Virus record (IMG/VR): IMGVR_UViG_3300032167_000039
DNA: 64,000 bases
Strand: one strand, 5' to 3'
Source of the DNA: a virus
Taxonomy: Duplodnaviria; Caudoviricetes
Below are positions 1 to 11,124 of this stretch, piece by piece (the first letter of the stretch is position 1; each line of letters opens with the position of its first letter). Made by a program: the position numbers and the translations under genes. The notes below the pieces were generated by a model. That model saw only the letters and a list, made by a program, of their open reading frames with translations, was not told the origin of the DNA and made no database searches.

Positions 1-5
1 GCGGA

Positions 6-1253
6 ATGGCATCTCATGCTGAAGGTATGAGAACCACTGCGTCGGGACAAGGTTCTCATGCAGAGGGTTTTTCCGATGTTAGGCTTGACACATTTACAGA
101 AGACTACAGCACAAAAGAAGCGATAGAAGAGTTATGGAAAAAACAAGTTGCGGAAAAAAAGTTTTCCTGTGCTTTTGGTGATGAATCCCATGTTGAGGGT
201 GGTTGTAATTTAGCTACTGGAGTTGGTGCACATGCAGAAGGAGGCTGGACACTTGCTTCTGGGAAAAAATCTCATGCAGAAGGTTCTGGAACACAAGCAA
301 TAGGAGAAGAATCACACGCTGAAGGAGCAGGTAGTATAGCACGTGGGAATCATTCTCATGCTGAAGGAGCTGGGACGACTGCGAGTGCACAAGATTCTCA
401 CGCAGAGGGCGGTGGCACAATAGCAAGTGGACAAAATTCTCATGCCGAAGGAGCAGGAACGGAAGCCTCAGGAAGCGGATCTCATGCAGAAGGACAAGGC
501 AGTAGAGCCACGGATGGGGCTGCGCACGCAGAGGGTGCAGGCGCAATCGCTTCAGGCTGGGCATCTCATGCAGAAGGTTCTGGAACTATTGCGAGTGGAA
601 CTAATTCACATGCTGAAGGGGGAGGCAGCAGAGCGAATGGAAAAGAGTCCCATGCCGAAGGAAGTGGGACTACTGCTTCAAGCTCGTCATCTCATGCAGA
701 AGGAGGAGGAACTACTGCCTTAGGTTCTGAGTCTCATGCAGAAGGAAAAAGTACTTATAAACAATCTGATGTAATAGAAATAACAAATATGACAACAAAC
801 GATGAAATTATTGCCGCTTGGAATTCTAAAAACTTTAGTTTAGCCAAGAGCACCGGTTCGCATTGCGAAGGAATTAATACTTTGGCTCTTGGCGCAGCTT
901 CCCACGCCGCCGGTGTTAGTACAATAGCAAACAAAACTGCTCAAACTGCTGTTGGTAAATATAATACCGAAGACGTAAACGAAGATACTGAATATGGCAA
1001 ATATAGTTTTATTATTGGTAATGGTGAAGATGATGCTAACCGTTCCAATGCTTTTGCTATAGACTGGGAAGGAAATATTTATGTTAATAATAGTGAAACA
1101 GGCGTAAGTGTATTAGATCTATTAAATAGAATCAAAGCTCTTGAAAATGCAATATCTTCAAATAAGATTCTTTTAACAGACGATACAACTGGAACAATCT
1201 ATCAGCTTGGTATAAATAATGGAACAACATATTTTAAAGAATATATTGGATAA
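6..1253 (+). CDS. Tail fibre/adhesin with YadA-like head repeats (likely 5'-truncated by the window edge)
   Basis: About 20 14-aa repeats of the form xASGxxSHAEGxxT; C-terminal FIIGNG..RSNAF motif typical of phage fibre proteins. Confidence 0.8.
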   Translation: MASHAEGMRTTASGQGSHAEGFSDVRLDTFTEDYSTKEAIEELWKKQVAEKKFSCAFGDESHVEGGCNLATGVGAHAEGGWTLASGKKSHAEGSGTQAIGEESHAEGAGSIARGNHSHAEGAGTTASAQDSHAEGGGTIASGQNSHAEGAGTEASGSGSHAEGQGSRATDGAAHAEGAGAIASGWASHAEGSGTIASGTNSHAEGGGSRANGKESHAEGSGTTASSSSSHAEGGGTTALGSESHAEGKSTYKQSDVIEITNMTTNDEIIAAWNSKNFSLAKSTGSHCEGINTLALGAASHAAGVSTIANKTAQTAVGKYNTEDVNEDTEYGKYSFIIGNGEDDANRSNAFAIDWEGNIYVNNSETGVSVLDLLNRIKALENAISSNKILLTDDTTGTIYQLGINNGTTYFKEYIG

Positions 1254-1274
1254 ATATAATAAATTAGGAGGAAT

Positions 1275-1655
1275 ATGATTATGACGAAGGAAAGATTTTT
1301 CGTAGAAATTAACGATGAAAATGCTGTATATGATGGTGATACTCTTAAGGTAACACTTCCTTGCGATAAACAGAGTTGCGAAGGAGTTGATTTTTATTTC
1401 TCCAAAGAATGGACAGAAAATAAAAATCTTATAGTTGAATCTGCTTCAATCTCACCTGCACCTCTTGAGTGTTATTGGAACTGGCTTATGACATTACAAG
1501 GTGCACCTGATTATGAGGTTTATCCAAATGGTGGTAGTGTTGATATTAGTAAATATACAAGAACTGGCACTCCCGGCGCATTTGGTTTTAGCGGCCATAC
1601 ATCTGGTGAAGAGGACATCACTATTACCTTTAAAATTAAAAAATACGATCTCTAA
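1275..1655 (+). CDS. Hypothetical protein
   Basis: ORF with AGGAGG SD. Confidence 0.65.
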   Translation: MIMTKERFFVEINDENAVYDGDTLKVTLPCDKQSCEGVDFYFSKEWTENKNLIVESASISPAPLECYWNWLMTLQGAPDYEVYPNGGSVDISKYTRTGTPGAFGFSGHTSGEEDITITFKIKKYDL

Positions 1656-1680
1656 ATGATATAATATGAGAAAGAGGTTA

Positions 1681-1918
1681 ATGAACATTTTCAAATATCT
1701 TGTTCTTTTCCTAATTGGCGGCGCCACATATTTTTGAATTGAAATTTTGTGGCGCGACAATTCTCATTGGGCAAATCTGTTTGCCTTTTACTTTGATTTG
1801 GATTGTACTATCTGCTGCTATAATTGTGATGGATGATTGAGTACGATACAAGGTTTTCAATAAAGAAAAACCACATTATACGAGTCTAATTCTTAATAAA
1901 TTAAGAGGTGAGAAATAA
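1681..1918 (+). pseudogene. Decayed membrane protein gene (IGGxxY.IEILWR..SHW / GQICLPF family)
   Basis: SD+ATG; MNIFKYLVLFLIGGATYF*IEILWRDNSHW, then a frameshift into GQICLPFTLIWIVLSAAIIVMDD*VRYKVFNKEKPHY; stop overlaps the next ATG (TAATG). Confidence 0.7.
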
Positions 1919-3828
1919 TGGCTAATTTAACTTTCCAATGGGAAGGAGATATTAATGTCGTTGGTGGAGAAGTAAAGAAGGACGGAGTACCGATTAGTGC
2001 GGGTTCTTCTAGTGTGACCATTGAAGACATTAAAGGCAATTATATTGACAATAGTAATTTTAGTGTTAATAGCAATGGACAGGCTGAATATACCACTGAA
2101 CAGGGAACTAATTTATATACTGTAGATAGATGGTATATTGATGGAGGTACTCTCGTACCAAAGAGTAATGGAGTTCAGTTTACAAATAATAATGAAAATA
2201 CTGGAACAAATTCTTTGATTAGATTGAGACAAGATATTCCATATCCTTTTAGTACTTTTGCAGGTAAAATACTTACTCTTTCTGCAAAGATTAATGGAGT
2301 GGTTTATACAGGGACAAGTGAGCAGCTCCCAGCAGAAAAGCCAACAGAAGGAACAAATGGTTCAAGTGCTATTCAATATATTCAAACAACGGGTATTGCT
2401 GAACATGCTATTTGTCTCAATTATTCAGTTACCGGAGATTATTTCGTTCCATATATTGCATTGGCATATAGTCAGTCTGTAGAGATAGAATGGGTGAAAT
2501 TGGAAATTGGCGATTCAGCTACACCTTATGTTGCTCCAGACCATGCTACTGAAAAAATAAAGGCGGAATTTATGTCAGATAATGGTAGTATTTCAATGCC
2601 ATATACTAAAGAAGAAATTGATACGAAGATAGATGAAATTGAAGAACAAGTTGATGGAATTAATTCTACATCTTTAACAGTCAAAGTTAATGATAAAGAT
2701 TTCTTAATGGAAACTCGTGAAATGACTCGTTCAGAACAAGCTCATATAGTAATGAATTATTCTTCTTATGATCCTATAATCGAAATGGAGAATTTTGTAT
2801 TCATTAATGACATGTCAAGAATTACGGTAAAAGACAAGAAATCACTTGATAATACAATTGGGCAAATAACACCTGTTATTGGTGGTGCTATGTCAGTCCA
2901 AAATATCGCTTGCTTTGCAATAATTCCCTCTATGCAAGAACGCCAGGGAGGTCAAAAACTTGTTTTTAACTTGTATGTTGTAGACAGTAATACAAATTAT
3001 TTATATGCTGGAGTACTTCGTTTACAGGATTGCATTATATCGGGAAATTGGAACGTAAATGTTGATCAGGTATTCCAATTCGTAAGTTCAACACCATATT
3101 GTTTAACACAATCTAAAAATAGAGTTTATTCCTTTATAGATGAAATGATTAGAATTTTTTCTGGTACAGATATCAGAAATTTTGAAATACAAGAATTTGA
3201 GACTTTTGATCATAATATAGATCAAATTAAATGCGATCCAAATGGAGAGGTATTTGTTCATCTAACAAAAAAATACGACGTAGGAATGAGCGGATGGTGT
3301 CGTATAGAAGAACTTTCTGTGCCCGACCTTAATGAAATAAAATGGGATCCTGTAGGAATGTGTCAAAAAATAGATGATACAGAAGAGATAGAATTTATTG
3401 AATTGGAAGATATTTTTAGATGGAAAGATTATATAATAGGCACTAGCAATGGTGTTATTTATTATTACCATATATCAGAACTTCGCTCATCTCATGTGAC
3501 GGACTATGGATATAAATATATCTATGCACATAAGTTTGCAACAAACATGTTTTTATATAGCTCGAATATTTTTGTTTCTGATGATTATATCGTTGTAAAT
3601 AATAGTAGTGGAACGGCAATTTATTCTGAATTTTTTGTTGAAAATCATGTTTATGCAAACCTCTCTAAACAAACAGTAAATAATAGTGCGGCAAAAAGAA
3701 ATTCCGGTATCAGAGGTGTGATTGATACGGTTGATGGTTTATATATTATAGGAACTACGGGACAGGTAAAAGTTTTACATAGAACGTATGAACTTGATTT
3801 ACAATCAGCAATCAATTATTTGAGATAA
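1918..3828 (+). CDS. Tail-associated/receptor-binding protein
   Basis: NYIDNSNF..YTVDRW and WVKLEIGDSATPY motifs typical of Firmicute phage tail proteins. Confidence 0.65.
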   Translation: MANLTFQWEGDINVVGGEVKKDGVPISAGSSSVTIEDIKGNYIDNSNFSVNSNGQAEYTTEQGTNLYTVDRWYIDGGTLVPKSNGVQFTNNNENTGTNSLIRLRQDIPYPFSTFAGKILTLSAKINGVVYTGTSEQLPAEKPTEGTNGSSAIQYIQTTGIAEHAICLNYSVTGDYFVPYIALAYSQSVEIEWVKLEIGDSATPYVAPDHATEKIKAEFMSDNGSISMPYTKEEIDTKIDEIEEQVDGINSTSLTVKVNDKDFLMETREMTRSEQAHIVMNYSSYDPIIEMENFVFINDMSRITVKDKKSLDNTIGQITPVIGGAMSVQNIACFAIIPSMQERQGGQKLVFNLYVVDSNTNYLYAGVLRLQDCIISGNWNVNVDQVFQFVSSTPYCLTQSKNRVYSFIDEMIRIFSGTDIRNFEIQEFETFDHNIDQIKCDPNGEVFVHLTKKYDVGMSGWCRIEELSVPDLNEIKWDPVGMCQKIDDTEEIEFIELEDIFRWKDYIIGTSNGVIYYYHISELRSSHVTDYGYKYIYAHKFATNMFLYSSNIFVSDDYIVVNNSSGTAIYSEFFVENHVYANLSKQTVNNSAAKRNSGIRGVIDTVDGLYIIGTTGQVKVLHRTYELDLQSAINYLR

Positions 3829-3871
3829 AAATTATGGCGGCGAGTAATACTGCCCGCCGCCAAATTTAAAG

Positions 3872-4597
3872 GTGATGGAAATGATAAGAACGAAAAAAGA
3901 AAACTCTATTGAAGCAGCCTATTTTGCCAGACAAGGATTAGGGTTAGTACTAACAGACGAAGAAAAAATTAAATTAAAACAATTCTTAAATCAGATAGAT
4001 GATCCCATTGAAGTCTATGTCATCCCAGATAATGGTGATGATAATAATGATGGTCTTTCTAATAATAATGCTATGAAAACTTTATCCTCAGCATTTAAAA
4101 AATATCAAAATTATAACAAAATAACTTTTCATGTATTTGGACAGATTCACCCAAATATTCAAGATATTGGGGATATAGAATTAATTAATAAAGACATTGA
4201 AATTAAAAGCGGGGCAAGAGGACTTTATATTAAGGGGAAATTTAATTTAATTAATTCAAGATTAATAATTGAAGGCCCTACCCCATTAGGGTATCAGTTG
4301 CAAATTGAATCAACTGTACCTGGAAATAGCATTTTTCATTTAGATAGAAATAGTATTTTAAAATTATATTGTATAGGAATAGATTGTTCTCAAAATGGTG
4401 CCATTCCAATTATGGCGCGCTCAAGTAAAATTTATGTCCGTTCTTCTACTATTACCACAAAGGAAGACCCAGATGCAGAGGGCGGCGGCCTTATAGTTGA
4501 TGCAATTTGGGCTGAAGATCTTTGTGAGATAGCACTCCAAGAATCGTTAATAAACGGACCAATAAACACAGACAATTCTTGTACAATTATAAAATAA
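3872..4597 (+). CDS. Beta-helix (pectin-lyase-like) tail protein
   Basis: YV..DNGDDNNDGLS...MKTLSSA motif. Confidence 0.55.
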   Translation: MMEMIRTKKENSIEAAYFARQGLGLVLTDEEKIKLKQFLNQIDDPIEVYVIPDNGDDNNDGLSNNNAMKTLSSAFKKYQNYNKITFHVFGQIHPNIQDIGDIELINKDIEIKSGARGLYIKGKFNLINSRLIIEGPTPLGYQLQIESTVPGNSIFHLDRNSILKLYCIGIDCSQNGAIPIMARSSKIYVRSSTITTKEDPDAEGGGLIVDAIWAEDLCEIALQESLINGPINTDNSCTIIK

Positions 4598-4603
4598 TCA
4601 AAG

Positions 4604-4912
4604 GTGATGAAAATGAAAAAGAAAATTGAAACTTCAAAAATCTTCCTCTTTATCATAGCTCTTCTCAGTATTTTCATTACTGCTTTTTCAACTTGGTTCT
4701 GCTTTAAATATGAAACTTGTGAGCCTCTTTGCTATACCGTCCCAGCCATCTTTACAGAGCTTGGGGCGGCGACAGCAGGTTATTATTGGAAAAGTAAAAA
4801 TGAAAATAGAATTAAGATGACATTAGGAGCAGTAAAAGAAATTTCGGAATATAATGAGCTTAGTGAAGAGCAAGTTAGAATTGTAGAGGCTCTTGTTAAT
4901 ACACTGGGGTGA
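4604..4912 (+). CDS. Small membrane protein, holin-like
   Basis: Two hydrophobic segments, ETSKI..YYWKSKNEN motif. Confidence 0.55.
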   Translation: MMKMKKKIETSKIFLFIIALLSIFITAFSTWFCFKYETCEPLCYTVPAIFTELGAATAGYYWKSKNENRIKMTLGAVKEISEYNELSEEQVRIVEALVNTLG

Positions 4913-4917
4913 TGTAA

Positions 4918-5247
4918 ATGGCTTTTGAATTTAACTCAAATAATAGTTATCTTTTTAATATTAATGAATTCACAGATGATAATAGAGTCCATTATAAAAA
5001 AATTCAAGCCGTTTTAAAAACCAATCCTGAAATTAATAGCTCTGTTATCATAAAAATTATTGCCCCTGCAATTCGTAGCACAGAAGAAGGAGAAATTCAA
5101 CATAAATTTTTAAGAAGCTCTGACGAGAAATTCTTAAGTATGAAGGGAGATACTTCAATATCTCCCTTACAAACAAACTTAATAACATTTGATAATTATG
5201 AATTAATTACGGAAGATTCCTATCTTTTAATGGTGAAGGAGGGATAA
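4918..5247 (+). CDS. Hypothetical protein
   Basis: ORF in a contiguous operon. Confidence 0.6.
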   Translation: MAFEFNSNNSYLFNINEFTDDNRVHYKKIQAVLKTNPEINSSVIIKIIAPAIRSTEEGEIQHKFLRSSDEKFLSMKGDTSISPLQTNLITFDNYELITEDSYLLMVKEG

Positions 5248-5248
5248 T

Positions 5249-5743
5249 ATGGAAATAATAAGATATCAGCTAAATTATACTATCGATCAGCTTAATAATA
5301 TTTTAAGCAAGGCTGATAATATGGAAAATTATGATGATACAGAATTAAGAGCAAATTTAAATGAAATTAAAACAGAGTTAGAATCTTTAGAAGAAATTAT
5401 TACTGGATTATCAGAGAATGTAAAAATAGAAAGTGATACTTCTAGTAGTTCTATTCTTGTTTATGATTATTTGCCCGATAATAATAAAGAAATTAGAATA
5501 AATACAGCAATTGAAAAAATCAGTTTTTCAACTTTGACAGAACAGTCAGGAGAAATTTCTGATGATTATTGGGTTTTAATTATTTTTCCTAAATCAGAAA
5601 ATGTTTCTTCTTTAGAAGATTTAATTGGAAATCCAGAAATAAAGATTTTAAGCCCTGATATTGATATTTCCTCATATGAGAGAATACACTTATTATTCAC
5701 TTATGATGGAGATAATATTTGTTGTGTGGCGGCCGGCTACTGA
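5249..5743 (+). CDS. Hypothetical structural protein
   Basis: SD; coiled-coil N-terminus with YDDTEL motif. Confidence 0.6.
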   Translation: MEIIRYQLNYTIDQLNNILSKADNMENYDDTELRANLNEIKTELESLEEIITGLSENVKIESDTSSSSILVYDYLPDNNKEIRINTAIEKISFSTLTEQSGEISDDYWVLIIFPKSENVSSLEDLIGNPEIKILSPDIDISSYERIHLLFTYDGDNICCVAAGY

Positions 5744-5753
5744 GGTGGATAAA

Positions 5754-5996
5754 ATGAATGACTATCAAAAGAAAATTTTATTTTACATGTTAATACCTCA
5801 AGTAAAATCAATAGACTATATTTATGAGATTGAGAATGATTTTGCCGCGGCGCGATTTTATTTAAAAGATAAAGCTTTTGTTAAAATACCTGAATCTTTT
5901 GAAGACAAAGAAGTTAATTTAATTGAGGCAACTTGTTTTAATGGAAAGTCTTTAACGGAAGTAATAATACCAGATACAGTGAGCGAGGTGGAATAA
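5754..5996 (+). CDS. Small BspA-type LRR protein
   Basis: GAGGTG SD before ATG 5754; LTEVIIPDTV motif. Confidence 0.6.
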   Translation: MNDYQKKILFYMLIPQVKSIDYIYEIENDFAAARFYLKDKAFVKIPESFEDKEVNLIEATCFNGKSLTEVIIPDTVSEVE

Positions 5997-5997
5997 T

Positions 5998-6975
5998 ATG
6001 GCACAATCTTCTTTGGTAGTGGGAAATAGTTATGAAGATAGAAACATAAAAGGTACCGGTATAGAAACAGATCCATGGATCATTGGAGAGCTAGAAGAAA
6101 CAGAAACAGAAATGTTTAAAAATCTTCTTGATGCAGTATATACTAGTAACGCATACGTTAAACTAATTAAAGATATAGATTGCAGTAAAAGTGAAGAATA
6201 TAGAGGAGGAATTGACTACAGTCTATACTTCAAATGTGCTAAATTTTATTCAGAAAAAAATGGCGATGAAAAACCGGCCATAAAAAATTTAATAATAAAA
6301 AATCAATACGCTCTTGAAACATATGGAGCACAGGTTTTAAATATAAAATTCTTGAATATTTATCATGTTGGTAGTAATACTTTGACTTCTGAATTTATTC
6401 ATAGAAACAGTGGAAATCCTGAATTTCAATATTGTGATTTTTCAGGTCTAACTAATGCACAAAAAAAGAATTCTGTTTTTAATTCTGCTCATGTTAAATT
6501 TGCTTTTTGTGCAATTAATTATATAATTAAAAATTATGAGAATATAAGCGATCTAACAATTTTTAATGGACAGCAAAATGAGCCTTTTAATATGTGTCAA
6601 ATTCATTACGATGGACCAATTTATTCTTACCCTTATGAAACGGGTGCGAGCAGTATTTTTATAACTTATGCGAAAAAAACTGCAATAACAGGTATTTTAA
6701 AAATTCAGCCGGAAGCAGAAATTTTTACATGCATTTTTAAAGAATGTGATGGATGTTATTTTTCTGGAATGATTCAGAGTGAAGATCAAGAAAATAAACA
6801 TATCATATATAAATCAGTATCTCAAAGTAGTTTTCAAGATAATCTAATCTGTACTGAGCTTCCTGAAGATGAGTCCATAACAATGACTACAGTTTCAAAT
6901 AATATAATTACCACAATCACTCCTGAAAACCTTAAATCTAAAGAATATCTTTATAATATTGGTTTTCTTCCTTAA
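5998..6975 (+). CDS. Hypothetical tail-associated protein
   Basis: GTGIETDPWII (G.G...DPY.I-type) motif. Confidence 0.55.
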   Translation: MAQSSLVVGNSYEDRNIKGTGIETDPWIIGELEETETEMFKNLLDAVYTSNAYVKLIKDIDCSKSEEYRGGIDYSLYFKCAKFYSEKNGDEKPAIKNLIIKNQYALETYGAQVLNIKFLNIYHVGSNTLTSEFIHRNSGNPEFQYCDFSGLTNAQKKNSVFNSAHVKFAFCAINYIIKNYENISDLTIFNGQQNEPFNMCQIHYDGPIYSYPYETGASSIFITYAKKTAITGILKIQPEAEIFTCIFKECDGCYFSGMIQSEDQENKHIIYKSVSQSSFQDNLICTELPEDESITMTTVSNNIITTITPENLKSKEYLYNIGFLP

Positions 6976-6988
6976 AGAGGTGTAATTC

Positions 6989-7498
6989 ATGGCTTGGACA
7001 GACACATATTGGGAACAAGATAATGATAAAAACAATGGCTTTCCAATTCCAATTGAACTTATTTTACCAGAAGATTTTACTTTTGATTCAATCTATACCC
7101 CTTGGATTACGAATGGAGAAGAAAATCCCTATATTATATCCTCTATTTCTGACTTCACTTTTGATTCAATCTATACCCCTTGGATTACGAATGGAGAAGA
7201 AAATCCCTATATTATATCCTCTATTTCTGACTTCACTTTTGATTTAATTTATACTCCTTGGAGTTTCGATAGCACAGAAGAGTTTAATTCTGGCTATCCT
7301 TATATGCAAAAATATCCATACTTAGGTGCTTTTGCTAATTGTAGAAATCTTAAAGAGATAGTTATACCAAAAACAGTAAAGAAATTAGGGCAACATACCT
7401 TTAGAGGAACCTCTCTAACCCAAGTAACAATTGCATCTGATTGTGAATATGGGCCAGAAACATTTCCTCCGAATTGTATAATTAAATTTTATGATTGA
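6989..7498 (+). CDS. BspA-type LRR protein with internal 26-aa repeats
   Basis: GAFANCRNLKEIVIPKTVKKLG..TF motif. Confidence 0.7.
   Translation: MAWTDTYWEQDNDKNNGFPIPIELILPEDFTFDSIYTPWITNGEENPYIISSISDFTFDSIYTPWITNGEENPYIISSISDFTFDLIYTPWSFDSTEEFNSGYPYMQKYPYLGAFANCRNLKEIVIPKTVKKLGQHTFRGTSLTQVTIASDCEYGPETFPPNCIIKFYD
7072..7261 (+). repeat. 78-bp tandem repeat, ~2.4 copies
   Basis: DFTFDSIYTPWITNGEENPYIISSIS twice (near-identical DNA) plus a partial third copy. Confidence 0.9.
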
Positions 7499-7508
7499 GG
7501 TGAGATAA

Positions 7509-9530
7509 ATGGCAGAACAAGAAAATTACTTAAATATAGAAGCCACAGCGGCGCAAATTAAAAAAGGAATTGAAGAAGTTGTTAATGTTTTAACAGATAA
7601 TGTTAGAGACAATAATAATAAATTTTTATCATTAGAATTAGATGAGAACGGCCTTCCTGATGATCCAACAGATGATGAACTTTTAAATAGAGTGAAATTA
7701 GTTTTAAAAACAATTGAGGGGTCTGAACAAAAAACAATTGATGCAGAATGGAATGAAATACTTGTTGGAGATGGTCAGGGATGGGCAGCAGGAACAGATT
7801 GGTATTCAGAAGAAAGAGAATTATTTGGAAATAATTTAATTGATAATGCAGGAATTCTATATTCTCATGTTTTTGGCACTAAAGACACGGATAAAGAAGG
7901 CGCAATAACTATTTCCAATTCTTTACAACATCTTGGTTCATATAATGATGGAAGCTATATTTCTTTTTATGACGCAAATGTCCTTCAATTAGGAGAAAAA
8001 TCACATATTATTGCAAGAAAAGGCTCCGATATTATGTTTGGTAGAATAAATACTGGAACGAATGAAAGCACAAGAATTCATGTCTTCGACGGAGCAAAAA
8101 TAGACATAGATGGCGGCTTAAAAAGAGGAGGAAATGGTGCACCGGAAGTTTTTTTACATGGAGATGTAAAAATTCACATAGATGATGGAGCAGATTCAAA
8201 TGAGAAATACACTGGTGTAAACGGCGTAATGGGTGATGTAAATGGAAGTATATTACACATGCACGATAAATCTTTTTTATCTATGAATAAAGGCAGTTCT
8301 ATTATCGCTTCGAACATGGCACAGGCAAATTTTTATTCAGGTTTTTTTGCCATGCAAAGTGAAGATTTATCTGACTTATCTGACTTTAGTCGCCAGCCAA
8401 CTTTTGTAATGAATGATGGCTCAGCATTTTATTTAAATGGCGGCCCTAGGGCAGGGCAACATCTATATCATCCTTTTTTTGAATTAAATGGCGGTTCAAC
8501 AATTATATTTAATGCTTCTGATATCGATGACGAAGGCGGCGGAACTGAATATGATCCTCTTTTATTAGCAGATCCAACTGGATTTACTTTTATTGGACAG
8601 GGAAGCGAGGGAGCAAAAGCTGGAAGTACTCCGGCAGATAAATCCCCCGAGTTACCTTATGATAATACTAAACCTTTTGGTAGCAAAAGTTTTTTAGTAC
8701 CTTCAAATAAAAATCCTCGAATAAAAATTTCTGATGAAACAATGATTATGATTGATGCGGCGCAAGGCGGCGGGGCAAACTGGATTAAAATTGGAGCAGA
8801 CAACGATGGTTTAATAGAAGTATCCCTTACTGGAAATATTTTCCAACAAATGGAACATAATGCCCACTCTGAAATGCACCATAATAGTAAATTCATTATG
8901 AGAGGATTAAGTAGTGAGCATCCCTGGGAAGAAGATGGTATTTGGATACCTAGTACAGATTCAACCCATTTAAATCAAGATTGGACACGTCCCATTCATC
9001 CCATTGAACAAGACTCTCCTGTTTTGGGAATGTATGATGTATCACAGTTCATTATGAGAGGAGTATGGAATAACACTGAGCCAAATTGGAAACTGGGAAG
9101 TCTTGAGATAGATACAGATAGAACAACTGCGCCAACTTCTTTTTCTGAATTAACTATTGATGAAAAAGACCAAATTTGTAAAAGTCTAAATGCTGTAGAG
9201 ATACAAGAATCGGAAAATGATGATAATAAAACAACATTTTCTGTAAGTTCTGGAAAATTATGGATTACTAACATAGAATATCATACAAAGCCTCTTAATT
9301 GGCAAGAACACCTTAATAAAATTGAAGACCAGCCTGTTGTTGAAATTATTGAAAATGCTGATGTTCGTATCTATGGTAATTCAGAATTAAAGCTTACTAA
9401 CTATAGTATTATAGCTGATTCAAACGGCTTTACTTTTAAAGACAATTCTTCTAATGCAGAGGGTATAACCTTTTCTATGGAAGATTTAAATAAATTAAAA
9501 CAACTACTCGAAAATTCGACTATTAGCTAA
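7509..9530 (+). CDS. Large hypothetical structural protein
   Basis: 673 aa; SD; in the structural operon. Confidence 0.6.
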   Translation: MAEQENYLNIEATAAQIKKGIEEVVNVLTDNVRDNNNKFLSLELDENGLPDDPTDDELLNRVKLVLKTIEGSEQKTIDAEWNEILVGDGQGWAAGTDWYSEERELFGNNLIDNAGILYSHVFGTKDTDKEGAITISNSLQHLGSYNDGSYISFYDANVLQLGEKSHIIARKGSDIMFGRINTGTNESTRIHVFDGAKIDIDGGLKRGGNGAPEVFLHGDVKIHIDDGADSNEKYTGVNGVMGDVNGSILHMHDKSFLSMNKGSSIIASNMAQANFYSGFFAMQSEDLSDLSDFSRQPTFVMNDGSAFYLNGGPRAGQHLYHPFFELNGGSTIIFNASDIDDEGGGTEYDPLLLADPTGFTFIGQGSEGAKAGSTPADKSPELPYDNTKPFGSKSFLVPSNKNPRIKISDETMIMIDAAQGGGANWIKIGADNDGLIEVSLTGNIFQQMEHNAHSEMHHNSKFIMRGLSSEHPWEEDGIWIPSTDSTHLNQDWTRPIHPIEQDSPVLGMYDVSQFIMRGVWNNTEPNWKLGSLEIDTDRTTAPTSFSELTIDEKDQICKSLNAVEIQESENDDNKTTFSVSSGKLWITNIEYHTKPLNWQEHLNKIEDQPVVEIIENADVRIYGNSELKLTNYSIIADSNGFTFKDNSSNAEGITFSMEDLNKLKQLLENSTIS

Positions 9531-9554
9531 TATCTACGGAAGGAGGAATTAAAT

Positions 9555-9719
9555 ATGCAGAATTTTTATGGCGGCAGTGATGGAGGAAATTTCTATCCTG
9601 TTCACAATCAATATGGTGTAAATATCGGATATACAGATGGATGTCCACTGACTTTTTCTTTTAAAAAGGAGGATGATGCTGTTAATAAAATTCAGCATAT
9701 TCCTTCTAACAAAGAGTAA
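9555..9719 (+). CDS. Small hypothetical protein (54 aa, not in the ORF track)
   Basis: AGGAGG SD, MQNFYGGSDGG..., TAA stop. Confidence 0.55.
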   Translation: MQNFYGGSDGGNFYPVHNQYGVNIGYTDGCPLTFSFKKEDDAVNKIQHIPSNKE

Positions 9720-9808
9720 AATATTAAAGAATTTTGATTGAAAAATTACTTATAAATGGGGAGAGAATATCTCTCCCTATTATTTCTATTAGAGAATGAG
9801 GTGATAAA

Positions 9809-11062
9809 ATGGCAATTTTAAAACCAACTAAAGTTTATAATTGGAACGGATTAAAAGTAAATGAATTTCTTTTAACAGTTAATAATCCAAATAAGATTGA
9901 TATGCCAACAGTGGCAATGCCTAAACCGATTGGCGTTACAGTTCACAATACTGGAGCAATTAGTGTTTCTTCAAGTACAACAATGGCGGAGCAGTATACA
10001 AGAGCTACTCTTAATGGTAATATGAATACTGTAAGAGTTCATTTCTATGTTGATGATACTTGTGCTTGGCAGAATTTGCCTTTAACATTAAGCGGTTGGC
10101 ACGCTGCTGACGGTTCTGGCAATGGTAATAGAAAAACAATTTCTATTGAAGTTATTGGTAATTCTAAGAAAGCAGAGGAAAATGCCGCCAAGTTAGTAGC
10201 ATATTTGCTTGATAAGTATGATTGGAATGTAGAAGAAAACCTTTATACTCATACTCACTGGCTTAATGTAAGAGATGGCAAGAGAGGTACTGTTGCAGAA
10301 TTGAATGTAATGAAAAATTCTTATAAGATGTGCCCTATTTATATTTTGCCGCACTGGAATGATTTTAAGAAATTAGTTCAGAGTAAGCAGAAGAAAGAAG
10401 TAGTAACAGTACTTTATAGAGTTCGTAAGACTTGGGATGATGCTAAGTCTCAAATTGGTGCTTATAGTAGTCTTGAAAATGCAAAGAAGGCTTGTAAGGA
10501 AGGTTATAGCGTATTTGATGAGAATGGTAAAGCCGTTTATACAGTAGAGGCTAAACCTACATCAACCCCAGAGGCAACTCCAACAGTGAAGCCAGTTGAA
10601 ACTCCCGCCGCCAAACCTGTTGAGGATAAAATTAATGTTAAGTATCGTGCTTATGCCGGCGGAAAATGGTGGGGAGAAATTGAGAATTATAATACTACTA
10701 ATTCTAATGGTTATGCTGGCGTTGAAGGTAAATCAATTAAAGGACTTGCTATTAAACCTGAAAAAGGAACTATTAGATACCGTGTTCATATTAGAGGCGG
10801 CAGCTGGCTTGGTTGGATAACCAGTTATGATATCAATAACTGGAGAACAGGATGTGCTGGCAATAAGATAAGAGATATTGACGCAATACAGATGGATTTT
10901 AGCGGAGTAGAAGGTTATGAGATTAGATATCGAGTTTCTACCACTAATTCTAAAGATTACTTGAATTGGATCGAAGGATTTAATACTAAGAATTCTAATG
11001 GATATGCAGGTATTATTGGCCGCTCAATTGATAAGATTCAAGTTGAGATCATTAAGAAATAA
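9809..11062 (+). CDS. Endolysin, N-acetylmuramoyl-L-alanine amidase (Amidase_2) with ChW-like C-terminal repeats
   Basis: VHNT, HFYVDD, GWHAADG.G.GN..TISIEV and KMCP motifs; Trp-containing GYAG repeats. Confidence 0.9.
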   Translation: MAILKPTKVYNWNGLKVNEFLLTVNNPNKIDMPTVAMPKPIGVTVHNTGAISVSSSTTMAEQYTRATLNGNMNTVRVHFYVDDTCAWQNLPLTLSGWHAADGSGNGNRKTISIEVIGNSKKAEENAAKLVAYLLDKYDWNVEENLYTHTHWLNVRDGKRGTVAELNVMKNSYKMCPIYILPHWNDFKKLVQSKQKKEVVTVLYRVRKTWDDAKSQIGAYSSLENAKKACKEGYSVFDENGKAVYTVEAKPTSTPEATPTVKPVETPAAKPVEDKINVKYRAYAGGKWWGEIENYNTTNSNGYAGVEGKSIKGLAIKPEKGTIRYRVHIRGGSWLGWITSYDINNWRTGCAGNKIRDIDAIQMDFSGVEGYEIRYRVSTTNSKDYLNWIEGFNTKNSNGYAGIIGRSIDKIQVEIIKK

Positions 11063-11124
11063 ATATTGCCGCCTCATCATTAAAAATCTTGATGTGGCGG
11101 CACGATATAAAGGAGGTAGATTAC

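Noticed and set aside
6-9530. Diversity-generating retroelement target
   Set aside because: No reverse transcriptase or TR/VR pair in the window; the 78-bp repeats are tandem and not adenine-variable
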